Source: a bacterium (GTDB taxonomy: Bacteria; SAR324; XYD2-FULL-50-16). Taken from it: DNA of 64,000 nucleotides. The notes under the pieces were generated by a model. It saw only the letters and a list, made by a program, of their open reading frames with translations, made no database searches and was not told the DNA's origin. Positions within the stretch are counted from its first letter, which is position 1; each line of letters opens with the position of its first letter. The DNA lies in the NCBI GenBank assembly GCA_032250835.1, contig JAVVEA010000004.1:183670-247669 (forward strand). Direction: 5' to 3'. The position numbers and the translations under genes are program-made. Positions 9,762 to 17,959 of this stretch are shown in pieces.

Positions 9762-11450
9762 TTAGAGTTTCCAGCTGAGCAAGGATTCTTTGAGCTGCCT
9801 TATCAAACGCCCCAGTTGCCCCGCTTCTGAGGCCCGGTTCAGGTAGGCCCGCAACATCGCCGAGAGGATAGCCAACACCAAAGCCACCACCAGGAACAGC
9901 GCCAAGATCTTCTTGGACAAGATGATGGGCTTGAAGTCGTCGTAGGTCAACTGCTTCGCTTCGCCCGGGGTCTCAAAGTTACGCTTGAAGTTGAGGCGGT
10001 ACGTAACTTCGATGGTGTCTAAACTAGGCGATTTGACTAAGTCAAAGGGCGCAAAAAGCAAGTTGTCGTATAGTTGGTATAATTCCTCTAGCCGGACTAA
10101 GTCTTCAAGCCAAAAATCCAGGCGTTCGTGGAAGCTGTAGTCGATCACCGCATCTTCGGTTTTGGCGGGTTGTTGTTCGGCACTGACCTCGACCCACTCG
10201 CCAGTCGTATAGTTGGCCATCAAGGCGCGGTGTCGCAAAACGCCCTCAAGCCGAGAAAAGAGCATCTCCGCGCTGTAGCCCCACTGGGAACGCTCGGATT
10301 CGAGTTGGAAGGCCACTTGGGCCTGTTGGGTCGATACCGCCCTTTGTTGTTTTAAAGCGGCGTCGTCGAGCGCTTCGGCCTGTTCCAGGGCCTTGATTTG
10401 GGCTTTGGACTCTTCTAATTGCCGTAATTGCTGGGTATAGCGTTGGTTTAGGGCAAAGAACTTTTGATAGACCTCCAGTGCCTTGTCGCCCAGTAGCCCG
10501 CCCTGCCGCTTGAGCCGGGCGATCTGGCCGGTAACTTGGCTGGCCTGGTTGCCCAATTCACTGCTCTTGGTGAATTTTAGCAACCGCCAACGCTCGCCAG
10601 CGTTGCGTTTCGGTGCTTGCTGCTTGGCACTATTGCTGGCCGCTACCGCTACATGGCGCAGCTCCATCAGGTAATTTTGGCCCTGGAATTCCAGGAAAAA
10701 ACGCTCTACTCCGTTGGAACTGCTAAAGTAGATGGGGCCTGCCATGGAGATTTGCGCGAGCCGGTGCTCTGCGGCGTCGTTGATCTCGGCCTGCACCTCG
10801 GCGGCCAGTTTTCGGTATTGTTGCTGGTTCAGTTGCGCGTTGTAGGCCCGGTAAAACTGGTCGAACTCTTGCAACGCTTCGTGGGTGGCCCGAGGGCTGT
10901 TGGTGCGGACCAGCACCTTAGTGCCCAGGAGGCAGCCGTTACAGGAATCGAATTTGACGTAGTCCGCCCCATCAAATATCTGGCCTAATTGTTCGGCCGA
11001 GGCGTTGCGCGGAATGGGGAAGTGCTTTTCGAGCAGCTCGCGGGCCTCAAACAAAGACTGAGGCCGCATCAAGCGCTGGTCTGGGAAAAAGCTGTGGGGG
11101 TAGAAACTCTGCATTTGGATCGTGTCTTTGATCACTTGATCCTGATCCTTTTGGATCATGGCAGGTGTCACTGGGGCCCGGTGGAAGACCGGCGGGCGTT
11201 GGTAGTGGTAGACTACGTGGTCGGTGTAGAGTGTTTCCCCGTAACGTAGCGAAACGAAGATACCCAGCGCCACACCCAGAGCCGTAATGATCAGCACCTG
11301 CCACTTGTACCGCAGCGTCGGCATGACCACGTCCACCACCTGGATCTCCTTCTCTGCCAGTTTAGGGTGGGGGACCATGTAGACCGTCGGACGGGTCTCG
11401 CTGGTGGCGGTGCTTTCGGGAGAGGGCTTGGTTAAGTCGGTTTCGCTCAT
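9762..11450 (-). CDS. Membrane protein with N- and C-terminal TM helices and coiled-coil middle (Wzz/chain-length-determinant-like topology)
   Basis: EIQVVDVV..LRYKWQVLIITALG N-terminus; P...KKILALFLVVALVLAILSAML C-terminal TM. Confidence 0.55.
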   Translation of the reverse strand: MSETDLTKPSPESTATSETRPTVYMVPHPKLAEKEIQVVDVVMPTLRYKWQVLIITALGVALGIFVSLRYGETLYTDHVVYHYQRPPVFHRAPVTPAMIQKDQDQVIKDTIQMQSFYPHSFFPDQRLMRPQSLFEARELLEKHFPIPRNASAEQLGQIFDGADYVKFDSCNGCLLGTKVLVRTNSPRATHEALQEFDQFYRAYNAQLNQQQYRKLAAEVQAEINDAAEHRLAQISMAGPIYFSSSNGVERFFLEFQGQNYLMELRHVAVAASNSAKQQAPKRNAGERWRLLKFTKSSELGNQASQVTGQIARLKRQGGLLGDKALEVYQKFFALNQRYTQQLRQLEESKAQIKALEQAEALDDAALKQQRAVSTQQAQVAFQLESERSQWGYSAEMLFSRLEGVLRHRALMANYTTGEWVEVSAEQQPAKTEDAVIDYSFHERLDFWLEDLVRLEELYQLYDNLLFAPFDLVKSPSLDTIEVTYRLNFKRNFETPGEAKQLTYDDFKPIILSKKILALFLVVALVLAILSAMLRAYLNRASEAGQLGRLIRQLKESLLSWKL

Positions 11451-11510
11451 GGGGCCAAAAATATAGGGTTTGTGCCACTTTAGGCGAATTGCTGCTCGAA
11501 GGCAAGTGCC

Positions 11511-12050
11511 CTAGAGAGGCTGGTAGTGCATCTCGACCAGCCCGCTGGGGTAGGCCTTGCTGTCGATCAGCTGCCAATCAAAGTGGCCCTGATAAGCTCC
11601 GAATAAAGGGGTGCCTGCCCCTAAGGTCACCGGGGCCACAAAGAGCCGCAACCGGTCGATTAAGCGGGCCTCTAGCAACGCTCCGGCCAGTTGACCACCG
11701 CCGACCAGCCAGATAGGCCGGTCTTCCCAGCGCTTGAGTTGCTGGCAATAGTCCACCGGATCGGTGTGGACCAATTGTCCTTGGGCGGGGGCCTTTAGGC
11801 TTTGGCTGGTGAAGATGTAACTGCGGTGCTCCGGGTAGGGATAGTCCCCTTGGCCTTGGATAAACTGGTAGGTGTTGGCCCCCATGATCACCGCCTCGGT
11901 ATCTTCCAACAGGCGGTGGTAACCGTAGTCTTCGGCCCCTTCTTCGGTATCGCTTGGGTCTCCGAAGCGGTCCAAGAAAGCGACCGACTTTTGGGCGTCG
12001 GTAATGTAGCCGTCGAGGCTGGCGGCGACGTAGTAGATGATCTCGCTCAT
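11511..12050 (-). CDS. Dihydrofolate reductase family (RibD C-terminal-like) protein
   Basis: YVAASLDGYI, MGANTY, IWLVGGGQL and APVTLGAGTPLF motifs. Confidence 0.9.
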   Translation of the reverse strand: MSEIIYYVAASLDGYITDAQKSVAFLDRFGDPSDTEEGAEDYGYHRLLEDTEAVIMGANTYQFIQGQGDYPYPEHRSYIFTSQSLKAPAQGQLVHTDPVDYCQQLKRWEDRPIWLVGGGQLAGALLEARLIDRLRLFVAPVTLGAGTPLFGAYQGHFDWQLIDSKAYPSGLVEMHYQPL

Positions 12051-12622
12051 GGCTCCTTTAGGCCGGGGTTTAGTAGTTGAGTGAGGCCCTGCTGCAGGGC
12101 CTGTTCGTCGGCATCGGCCAGGAATTCATAGGTCAGCCCCAACAGCGCCCATCTAAGGCGCAAAAAGTCGCCAGGCTGCTGAAAGAGCGGGCCTATCAGC
12201 TGGAATTCGCGGTCCATCTGAGCCTGGGCCTGGGCTTTTTGTTGGGCCAGCAACTGGGCTACTTCGGGCGTTTCGCTGAACAATAATCCGACCAGTAACC
12301 GCATAGCGGCGCGGTTGTTGGCCACCAACTCACCGGTTTGCAGGACCCAGGCGGCTAAACGTTGCTCTGGAGGGACCGCCGCTAAGGGCTCAAGCATCTC
12401 ACGGAACCTCTGTTGCTGGGTCTCTAAGAGCGAGGCTAAGATGCTTAGTTTAGCTGGAAAATAGTGGTAGGCCAAGCCCTTGGAAATACCTGCCCGCTCT
12501 GCGATGGCGGCCATGCTGGTGGCTTGGTAGCCCTGGCGGCCAAATAGGTCCACTGCGGCATTGAGGATCGCCTCAATGGAGCTTTGTCTCAAGGCCTGAT
12601 TTTGTGCGGAACTTCTAGCCAT
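12047..12622 (-). CDS. TetR/AcrR family regulator
   Basis: ILNAAVDLFGRQGYQATSMAAIAERAGISKGLAYHYF helix-turn-helix. Confidence 0.92.
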   Translation of the reverse strand: MARSSAQNQALRQSSIEAILNAAVDLFGRQGYQATSMAAIAERAGISKGLAYHYFPAKLSILASLLETQQQRFREMLEPLAAVPPEQRLAAWVLQTGELVANNRAAMRLLVGLLFSETPEVAQLLAQQKAQAQAQMDREFQLIGPLFQQPGDFLRLRWALLGLTYEFLADADEQALQQGLTQLLNPGLKEP

Positions 12623-12639
12623 AGTTCAGGGTTTAATAA

Positions 12640-12657
12640 ATTGACCAATCGGTCAAT
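12640..12657. promoter_or_regulatory. Probable TetR autoregulatory operator
   Basis: Palindrome ATTGACC-AATC-GGTCAAT 18 bp upstream of the tetR start. Confidence 0.7.
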
Positions 12658-12668
12658 ATGAAACCCCA

Positions 12669-12694
12669 AAAAAAGGCGTCCGGAGACGCCCTTT
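12669..12694 (-). terminator. Intrinsic terminator after fliM
   Basis: GGCGTC-TCCG-GACGCC followed by a T-run on the minus strand. Confidence 0.75.
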
Positions 12695-12711
12695 CAGGAC
12701 CAACTACCTGG

Positions 12712-13713
12712 CTACTCGAATTCGTCGGCAATCGGCGGGACATAGACCAACTCGCTGATCTTGATGGCCTGTTTGCCTTTATAGCTACCTTGGAAGCCAC
12801 GGAACTTAGCCACACCCTCGACCTTAACGTCCAGCGGACTGCTCGCTTCGTGGTTGAGCGGAACGATGTCCCCTTTCTTTAAAGACAAGAAATTGCGTAC
12901 CGAGATTTCGGTACGGCCCAATTCTACCAAGAGATTGATCTCCGCCTCGGCTAAGTTGTCGCGGAAGCGCTTGCCCCAAACGTGGTCTTCTTCGTTTTGG
13001 TCGGACTGGAAACCGGAGTCTAATTTACCCCGGATCGGCTCGACCATCGAGTAGGGGATGCAGATGGTCAGCATCATCGGGGCCTTGCCCATCTCGACGT
13101 CAAAGGTGATCACCACCACCACTTCCGAATGGGGCACGATGGCCACGAACTGGGGGTTGATCTCCGTCCGGGTGTAGGCGACCTGCAAAGGAAACACGGG
13201 CTTCCAGGCATTTTGTAGGTCTTCTAAGGCAGAAATCACCACCCGCTTGACCATTTTTTGCTCGATTGCCGTAAAGTCCCGGCCCTCGGCCTTGACTTCC
13301 AATTCACCGGTGCCGCCGAAGAAGATGTCGATCAACGTAAAGACCAGCCGGGTCTCTAAAACCAAGATGGCGTTGCCCCGTAAGGGGTTCATGCGGAATA
13401 GGTTGAGTGACGAAGGGACGGGCAGGGTCTTGAGGAATTCCCCGAATTTGATCAATTCGGTAGAGCGCACCGAGATGTCCACCACCTTACGCAAGGCTGA
13501 AGACAGCGTCAGGCGGAACATCCGCACAAAGCGGTCGTGGATGATCTCTAGGGTCGGCATCCGGCCCCGGATGATCCGGTCTTGGCTGGTTAGGTCGTAG
13601 GGGATGACGGCGTCGGCATCCATGTCCGGCATGTCGAAGTCTTCATCGCTGTCCCCCCCGGCTATGCCTTTGAGTAAGCTATCGACCTCGTCTTGGCTGA
13701 GTACCTGTGACAT
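12712..13713 (-). CDS. fliM: Flagellar motor switch protein FliM
   Basis: MSQVLSQDEVDSLL, RIIRGRMPTLEIIHDRF and TEINPQF motifs; SpoA-type C-terminus. Confidence 0.96.
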   Translation of the reverse strand: MSQVLSQDEVDSLLKGIAGGDSDEDFDMPDMDADAVIPYDLTSQDRIIRGRMPTLEIIHDRFVRMFRLTLSSALRKVVDISVRSTELIKFGEFLKTLPVPSSLNLFRMNPLRGNAILVLETRLVFTLIDIFFGGTGELEVKAEGRDFTAIEQKMVKRVVISALEDLQNAWKPVFPLQVAYTRTEINPQFVAIVPHSEVVVVITFDVEMGKAPMMLTICIPYSMVEPIRGKLDSGFQSDQNEEDHVWGKRFRDNLAEAEINLLVELGRTEISVRNFLSLKKGDIVPLNHEASSPLDVKVEGVAKFRGFQGSYKGKQAIKISELVYVPPIADEFE

Positions 13714-13851
13714 GCTTCTGTTCCTGCGTTACCGGGCCTTGGCCCCTTAGGTTCTATGGTTCTCTGGGGGCGATTCTACCAAAGCGCCCAAGCGCTTCCA
13801 AGCAAAATTTGCCCTCTCTGCCCCTTCCTTGCAGGATGCTTACCATTTTGC

Positions 13852-14238
13852 TCCAGCGGCCCAGCGCGGGCCAACCGGTCCCCTAGTTTGCCGGGTCTTC
13901 GGGGCCTTTAGCTTCTTCGGAAGTCGCCGAATCAGCCGGGGGAGCGGGCGGTTGGGGGCGCTTGTGTTTGGCTTCTTGTTTATTAGACCAACTGACCGCC
14001 AAAGGCACTAAAACTAAAAACACAAATAGAGCAAGCATCCACCAATAATTTAGCTGGCTCGCTGCGGCTAATTGTTCGTTAGGCATCGTCTACTTAAGGG
14101 GAAATGATTGAGCGCAGTTCCTGCTTTTTCTTAGCCTAAACCAAGCCGCCGATCCCGGCAAGTGAACTAGCGCCCCTTTGGGCTTTGGGCCCTTTAAGAC
14201 GCTAAATCTATGGGGTGGCGAAAAAGTGCATCGGTTGG
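13852..14238. repeat. 387-bp direct repeat, copy 1
   Basis: Matches 21637-22023 (offset 7785); one substitution seen. Confidence 0.95.
13883..14086 (-). CDS. Small single-TM hypothetical protein, copy 1
   Basis: 67 aa with hydrophobic YWWMLALFVFLVLVPLAVSW; identical ORF at 21668-21871. Confidence 0.5.
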   Translation of the reverse strand: MPNEQLAAASQLNYWWMLALFVFLVLVPLAVSWSNKQEAKHKRPQPPAPPADSATSEEAKGPEDPAN

Positions 14239-14379
14239 GGGGGCTGGCGGGGCGAGTACGCGCGGGCAAGGCCCTGGCCCCCCAAAGGGGACTTGGAGGG
14301 CCACCTGCCTTGAAAAGGAGGGGCGGCTCGCGGATAATGGGGTTACGGAGCCCCTGAGGGTTGCCGCAACCTCGTCGGT

Positions 14380-15075
14380 TTATTTTACGACCACTTCAAA
14401 GAGGACGCGCATATTGGCCTTTGCCGCCTTGGAGTCGATGGTTTTCGGAGACTTTTCATAGCTCGCCGGCTTGGATTGACCGTAGCCGATGATCGTCAAT
14501 CGCTTAGGGTCGACCCCCTGCTTGATCAGATACTCCCGCACCGATTGGGCTCTGGTTTCACTGAGCTTCTGGTTGATTTTTTCGGATCCGTTGGCCGAGG
14601 TGTACCCGGCCATGCGGACCTTGACCTGGGGGTTGTCTTTAAGCATCTGGATGTTATCGTCCAAAATCGATTTAGCATCCAAGGCCAATGCAGATTTGCC
14701 ATATTCAAAATGGGTGTCCCCAAAAACCAGCACCTTTTCTACCGGCGGCTGGGACGCCGCCACCGGTTGCGGTGCTGGCTGGGCCATATAGCCGTGGATC
14801 TGCGCCATGCTTTTGTCGGACACCTCCAGTTTGGGGGCTTCTCGAAGCAGCATGACCAATAGGATCGAAATGATGACCGCTAACAGGAAGACGATGGTAT
14901 ATAGAATATTCCGGAATTGATTGTTCCGTACGATCCGGGCTTGTTTGCCGGTCAACCGTTCTGCTTCGAGCCAATCCACAAACTGGTTTCCGTCTTTAAA
15001 GCCGTGTTTCTCATACAACGCGTAGGCAATGTCATTGATCTCTTTGTTTTCTTCGTTCAGGTCTTTTTGTAACAT
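14380..15075 (-). CDS. DUF2934-like N-terminus, TM helix and OmpA-like peptidoglycan-binding domain
   Basis: IAYALYEKHG...DWLEAER; NQKLSETRAQSVREYL, GYGQSKP and NMRV; GGAAGG RBS. Confidence 0.85.
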   Translation of the reverse strand: MLQKDLNEENKEINDIAYALYEKHGFKDGNQFVDWLEAERLTGKQARIVRNNQFRNILYTIVFLLAVIISILLVMLLREAPKLEVSDKSMAQIHGYMAQPAPQPVAASQPPVEKVLVFGDTHFEYGKSALALDAKSILDDNIQMLKDNPQVKVRMAGYTSANGSEKINQKLSETRAQSVREYLIKQGVDPKRLTIIGYGQSKPASYEKSPKTIDSKAAKANMRVLFEVVVK

Positions 15076-15121
15076 GTTGCCTTCCTTCCCTAATCAAGGG
15101 TTTGGTGGTGAGGTTTATGGG

Positions 15122-15319
15122 TCATATCTCCGCTCGACCTTGCGTCCTTGATGATTTCCTGTGCTGGTTCATCAGTAGAAACTCAGAGGGCCCTGGTATT
15201 TTCATCTTTGAAAGAGCCGGGATTAAAAACTGAGTTTCGTCTTTAAAACCTTGTTTTTCATGAAGATAATTGATCTTGTAGTGGCTTTCGTTTTCCCTTT
15301 TCAAAAGTTGCGTTTCCAT
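15122..15319 (-). pseudogene. Degenerate partial copy of the 5' end of the DUF2934-OmpA gene
   Basis: YLHEKQGFKDETQF versus ALYEKHGFKDGNQF; DNA at 15227-15262 resembles about 14981-15014. Confidence 0.55.
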
Positions 15320-15487
15320 GTTGCCTACTTTTTTTTTTAGAAAGACAAGGCCTTTCAGGAATAGTGCTAATTCACTAAACTTGCCCAACCTAAAGCATTC
15401 TCTCTGCTAGCGCTCAATCGAGGCGTCAATAACCACGGCCCCTTCTTCCTTGAAGGAGACCTTGGTTAGCTTAGAAGGCCCAAGGTA

Positions 15488-17563
15488 CTAGGGCTGAGTC
15501 ACCGTGCTAGCGTCCAAGGTGACGGCGGTCTGGGCAAAGGCCCGGCCATTCAGCGTGGCACCGGTCTGCATGTCCACTGCGGTCTTGGCTAAGATAATCC
15601 CTTTGAATTGTGACGTCGTACCCAGCGTAACCTGGCCTCCAACTTGCCAGAATATATTCTCAGGTAGGGCACCACCGGCCAGAGTGACGATAACCCCATT
15701 GGCTACTGTTAGGGTTTCGGCGATCTGGAAAATCCAGACATCATTAGAGGCACCCGAAATGGTGATGGCCGTGGGGATGTACACCCCGGTGCCCCATTTG
15801 TAGAGGCCCGGAGTCAACGTCAAGCCGCTGACGGTCCCGGCACCGGTGTTGATGAAGTCCGGAATAGAGCGGCCAGCCGCATCGGTGTAGGCGATTTCCA
15901 GGTCCCCAATGGCGGTGGTCATGTTCGACGGCGTCGGCGGGGTCATGTCGGATGCGTAGAGCTTGCCCGTAACGACCGCTGCTGTTGCGTAGGTGTTACT
16001 GGAATGATTGGTCAGAGAAAAACCCGTCATGTAGGTCGTTGCCGCCGGGCTAATGCCCAAGTCACCGGTGATGGCGGTGGTGCCGGTGGTGGAGATGGCG
16101 GCTTTAGCTAGCAGCACAAAATTACCTGCCGTACCTAAGAACACGGGAGCGGGACCTAAGGCCGTGGTGGTACCGGTCGAGAAGGTCCAGACGTAATCTG
16201 AAGCCAGTCCGTTACCCGCAAGGTCGGTTGCCCCGGTGGTGATGGTGGCGGTGTAGGTTGTATTGAAGGCTAAATCACTTAAAGGCGTAAAGGTTGCCGT
16301 GCTGCCTACGTAGGCCACCGTTCCGATAACCGGAGTGGTACCCTTTTTGACCGTAAAGGTCGAAGTGGTGATGGACGTCGGGTCCATGGGCTCAGCAAAG
16401 GTAACCGCGACCGGGCGGTTGTTGGCAACGGCGGTGGTCCCGTTGGCCGGTGAGGTCAGGGGTACGGTCGGTGCCGTGGTGTCCGTCGTGGCTCCGGTGG
16501 TAAAGGTCCAGGTATTAGCCGCAGCCAGTGCGTTGCCAGCCAAGTCTTTGAACCCGGTGGTGACAACGGCGGTGTAGGTGGTGCTGGCTGCTAGTGCGCT
16601 CAAGGGCTTAAAGGTAGCCGTATAGCCGAGGTAGCTGACGGTGCCGCTGACGGCAGTGGTACCGTTTTTTAAGGTGAAGCTGTCGCTAGTTACGGACGTG
16701 GGGTCCATCGGCTCACTGAGGGTGGCCGAGACGGAGGTGTTGGTGGCAACGGCAGTGGCACCGTTTGCAGGGGTCATCACCAAGAGGGTGGGGATCGAGG
16801 TGTCCGCCGTGGCACCGGTGATGAAGCTCCAGGCATAGTCCGCAGCCAGTGCATTGCCTGCGGAGTCCTGGACGCCTGTGGTGATGGTGGCGGTGTAGCT
16901 GGTGTTCGCTGCTAAGTTACTGGAAGGCTTAATCAGCGCGCTGCTGCCGGTGTAGCTTAGCGTTCCGCTGACCAGCGTGGTACCGGCCTTTAAATTGAAG
17001 TTGGCAGCGGTGATGGTCGTGGGGTCTATGGGGGCGTCAAAGGACGCGGAGACCGCGGTGTTGATGGCAACGGACGTTGACCCGGTGATCGGGATGGTCA
17101 ACGATACGCTGGGCGCTGTAGTGTCCTCGGTGGTTTTAGTGGTAAAGCTCCAGGTATATTTCTCTGCTAAGGCGTTAAAAGAAACATCCCTGATTCCGGT
17201 GTTGAGCGTCGCGGTGTAAGTCCTGTTGGTCTTCAGGTTAGTAGCCGGCTTCAGTACAGCTGTAGTACCTGAGTAGGATACTGCCGAAGAGACCAGGTTG
17301 GCACCTTCTGATAAGGTAAAGCTGGAGGTCGTCAGGGTTTTGGGATCGATGGCCTCGCCAAAGGTGGCGAAAACCGAACTATTGATGGCGACGCCCGTGG
17401 CCGCACTGACTGGAAAAGTTTCTGATACGGTCGGGGACGTTGTGTCGCCGCTCGCTGAAGAACTACTCTTGCAACCGGTCATTAGAGGGGCCAGAAGGAA
17501 TAGCGTAGCGCCTAAAACCATAAGCCGTCTTATGCCTTTAGGAGTGAGGGGGAGATGATTCAT
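15488..17563 (-). CDS. Lipoprotein with 4 Ig-like (Big_5-type) repeats and a C-terminal DUF3494 ice-binding-like domain, paralog 1
   Basis: Lipobox LMTGC; four DT.PTV...W.FTT repeats; LGTAGNFVLLAKAAIS, LTPGLYKW, NIFWQV and GRAFAQTAVTLD. Confidence 0.92.
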   Translation of the reverse strand: MNHLPLTPKGIRRLMVLGATLFLLAPLMTGCKSSSSASGDTTSPTVSETFPVSAATGVAINSSVFATFGEAIDPKTLTTSSFTLSEGANLVSSAVSYSGTTAVLKPATNLKTNRTYTATLNTGIRDVSFNALAEKYTWSFTTKTTEDTTAPSVSLTIPITGSTSVAINTAVSASFDAPIDPTTITAANFNLKAGTTLVSGTLSYTGSSALIKPSSNLAANTSYTATITTGVQDSAGNALAADYAWSFITGATADTSIPTLLVMTPANGATAVATNTSVSATLSEPMDPTSVTSDSFTLKNGTTAVSGTVSYLGYTATFKPLSALAASTTYTAVVTTGFKDLAGNALAAANTWTFTTGATTDTTAPTVPLTSPANGTTAVANNRPVAVTFAEPMDPTSITTSTFTVKKGTTPVIGTVAYVGSTATFTPLSDLAFNTTYTATITTGATDLAGNGLASDYVWTFSTGTTTALGPAPVFLGTAGNFVLLAKAAISTTGTTAITGDLGISPAATTYMTGFSLTNHSSNTYATAAVVTGKLYASDMTPPTPSNMTTAIGDLEIAYTDAAGRSIPDFINTGAGTVSGLTLTPGLYKWGTGVYIPTAITISGASNDVWIFQIAETLTVANGVIVTLAGGALPENIFWQVGGQVTLGTTSQFKGIILAKTAVDMQTGATLNGRAFAQTAVTLDASTVTQP

Positions 17564-17649
17564 GAGGACTTTCCAATTTGTTGTGCATTAAGCCTAGGGC
17601 CGGGTTGAGACACTAAGCCCATATTGATAATAATTAAAATACTTAAGGG

Positions 17650-17674
17650 GGTCTGTTCGGTGGGGCGCTTATAG
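17650..17674. promoter_or_regulatory. Conserved upstream motif of IBP paralog 1
   Basis: GGTCTGTTCGGTGGGGCGCTTATAG; 24/25 identical to 20123-20147. Confidence 0.55.
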
Positions 17675-17897
17675 ACCCGAGGCATTACAATGGTCCTTTA
17701 GACAAATCCGCAGATAGGTACTCAATGGGCGGGTGCATCCAACAAAGGGCGAAAATCTTGAGCCCAATCGGCCATAGATGCGTAGACCTAAGGCTATTTC
17801 TTGGTCGACTTTCTGATTTTCTTTGGGGGAGAGGGCTGGCCGCATGCCCCGCCGTTGGCACGGTGGGTGTGATTCTCGAGGAAGGTCGATCAGAAAG

Positions 17898-17940
17898 CAA
17901 AAAGCCGCGCCCCTTTCTCCTTAGAAAGTGGTCGCGGCTA
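17898..17940 (-). terminator. Probable terminator after IBP paralog 2
   Basis: AGCCGCG...CGCGGCT stem followed by a T-run on the minus strand. Confidence 0.6.
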
Positions 17941-17959
17941 GAGTAAACGAGGCGGGTTG

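Noticed and set aside
13852-14238. IS or MITE identity for the 387-bp repeat
   Set aside because: No transposase, only a 7-bp inverted match (CCAACCG/CGGTTGG) that does not coincide with the left boundary, and no target duplication seen
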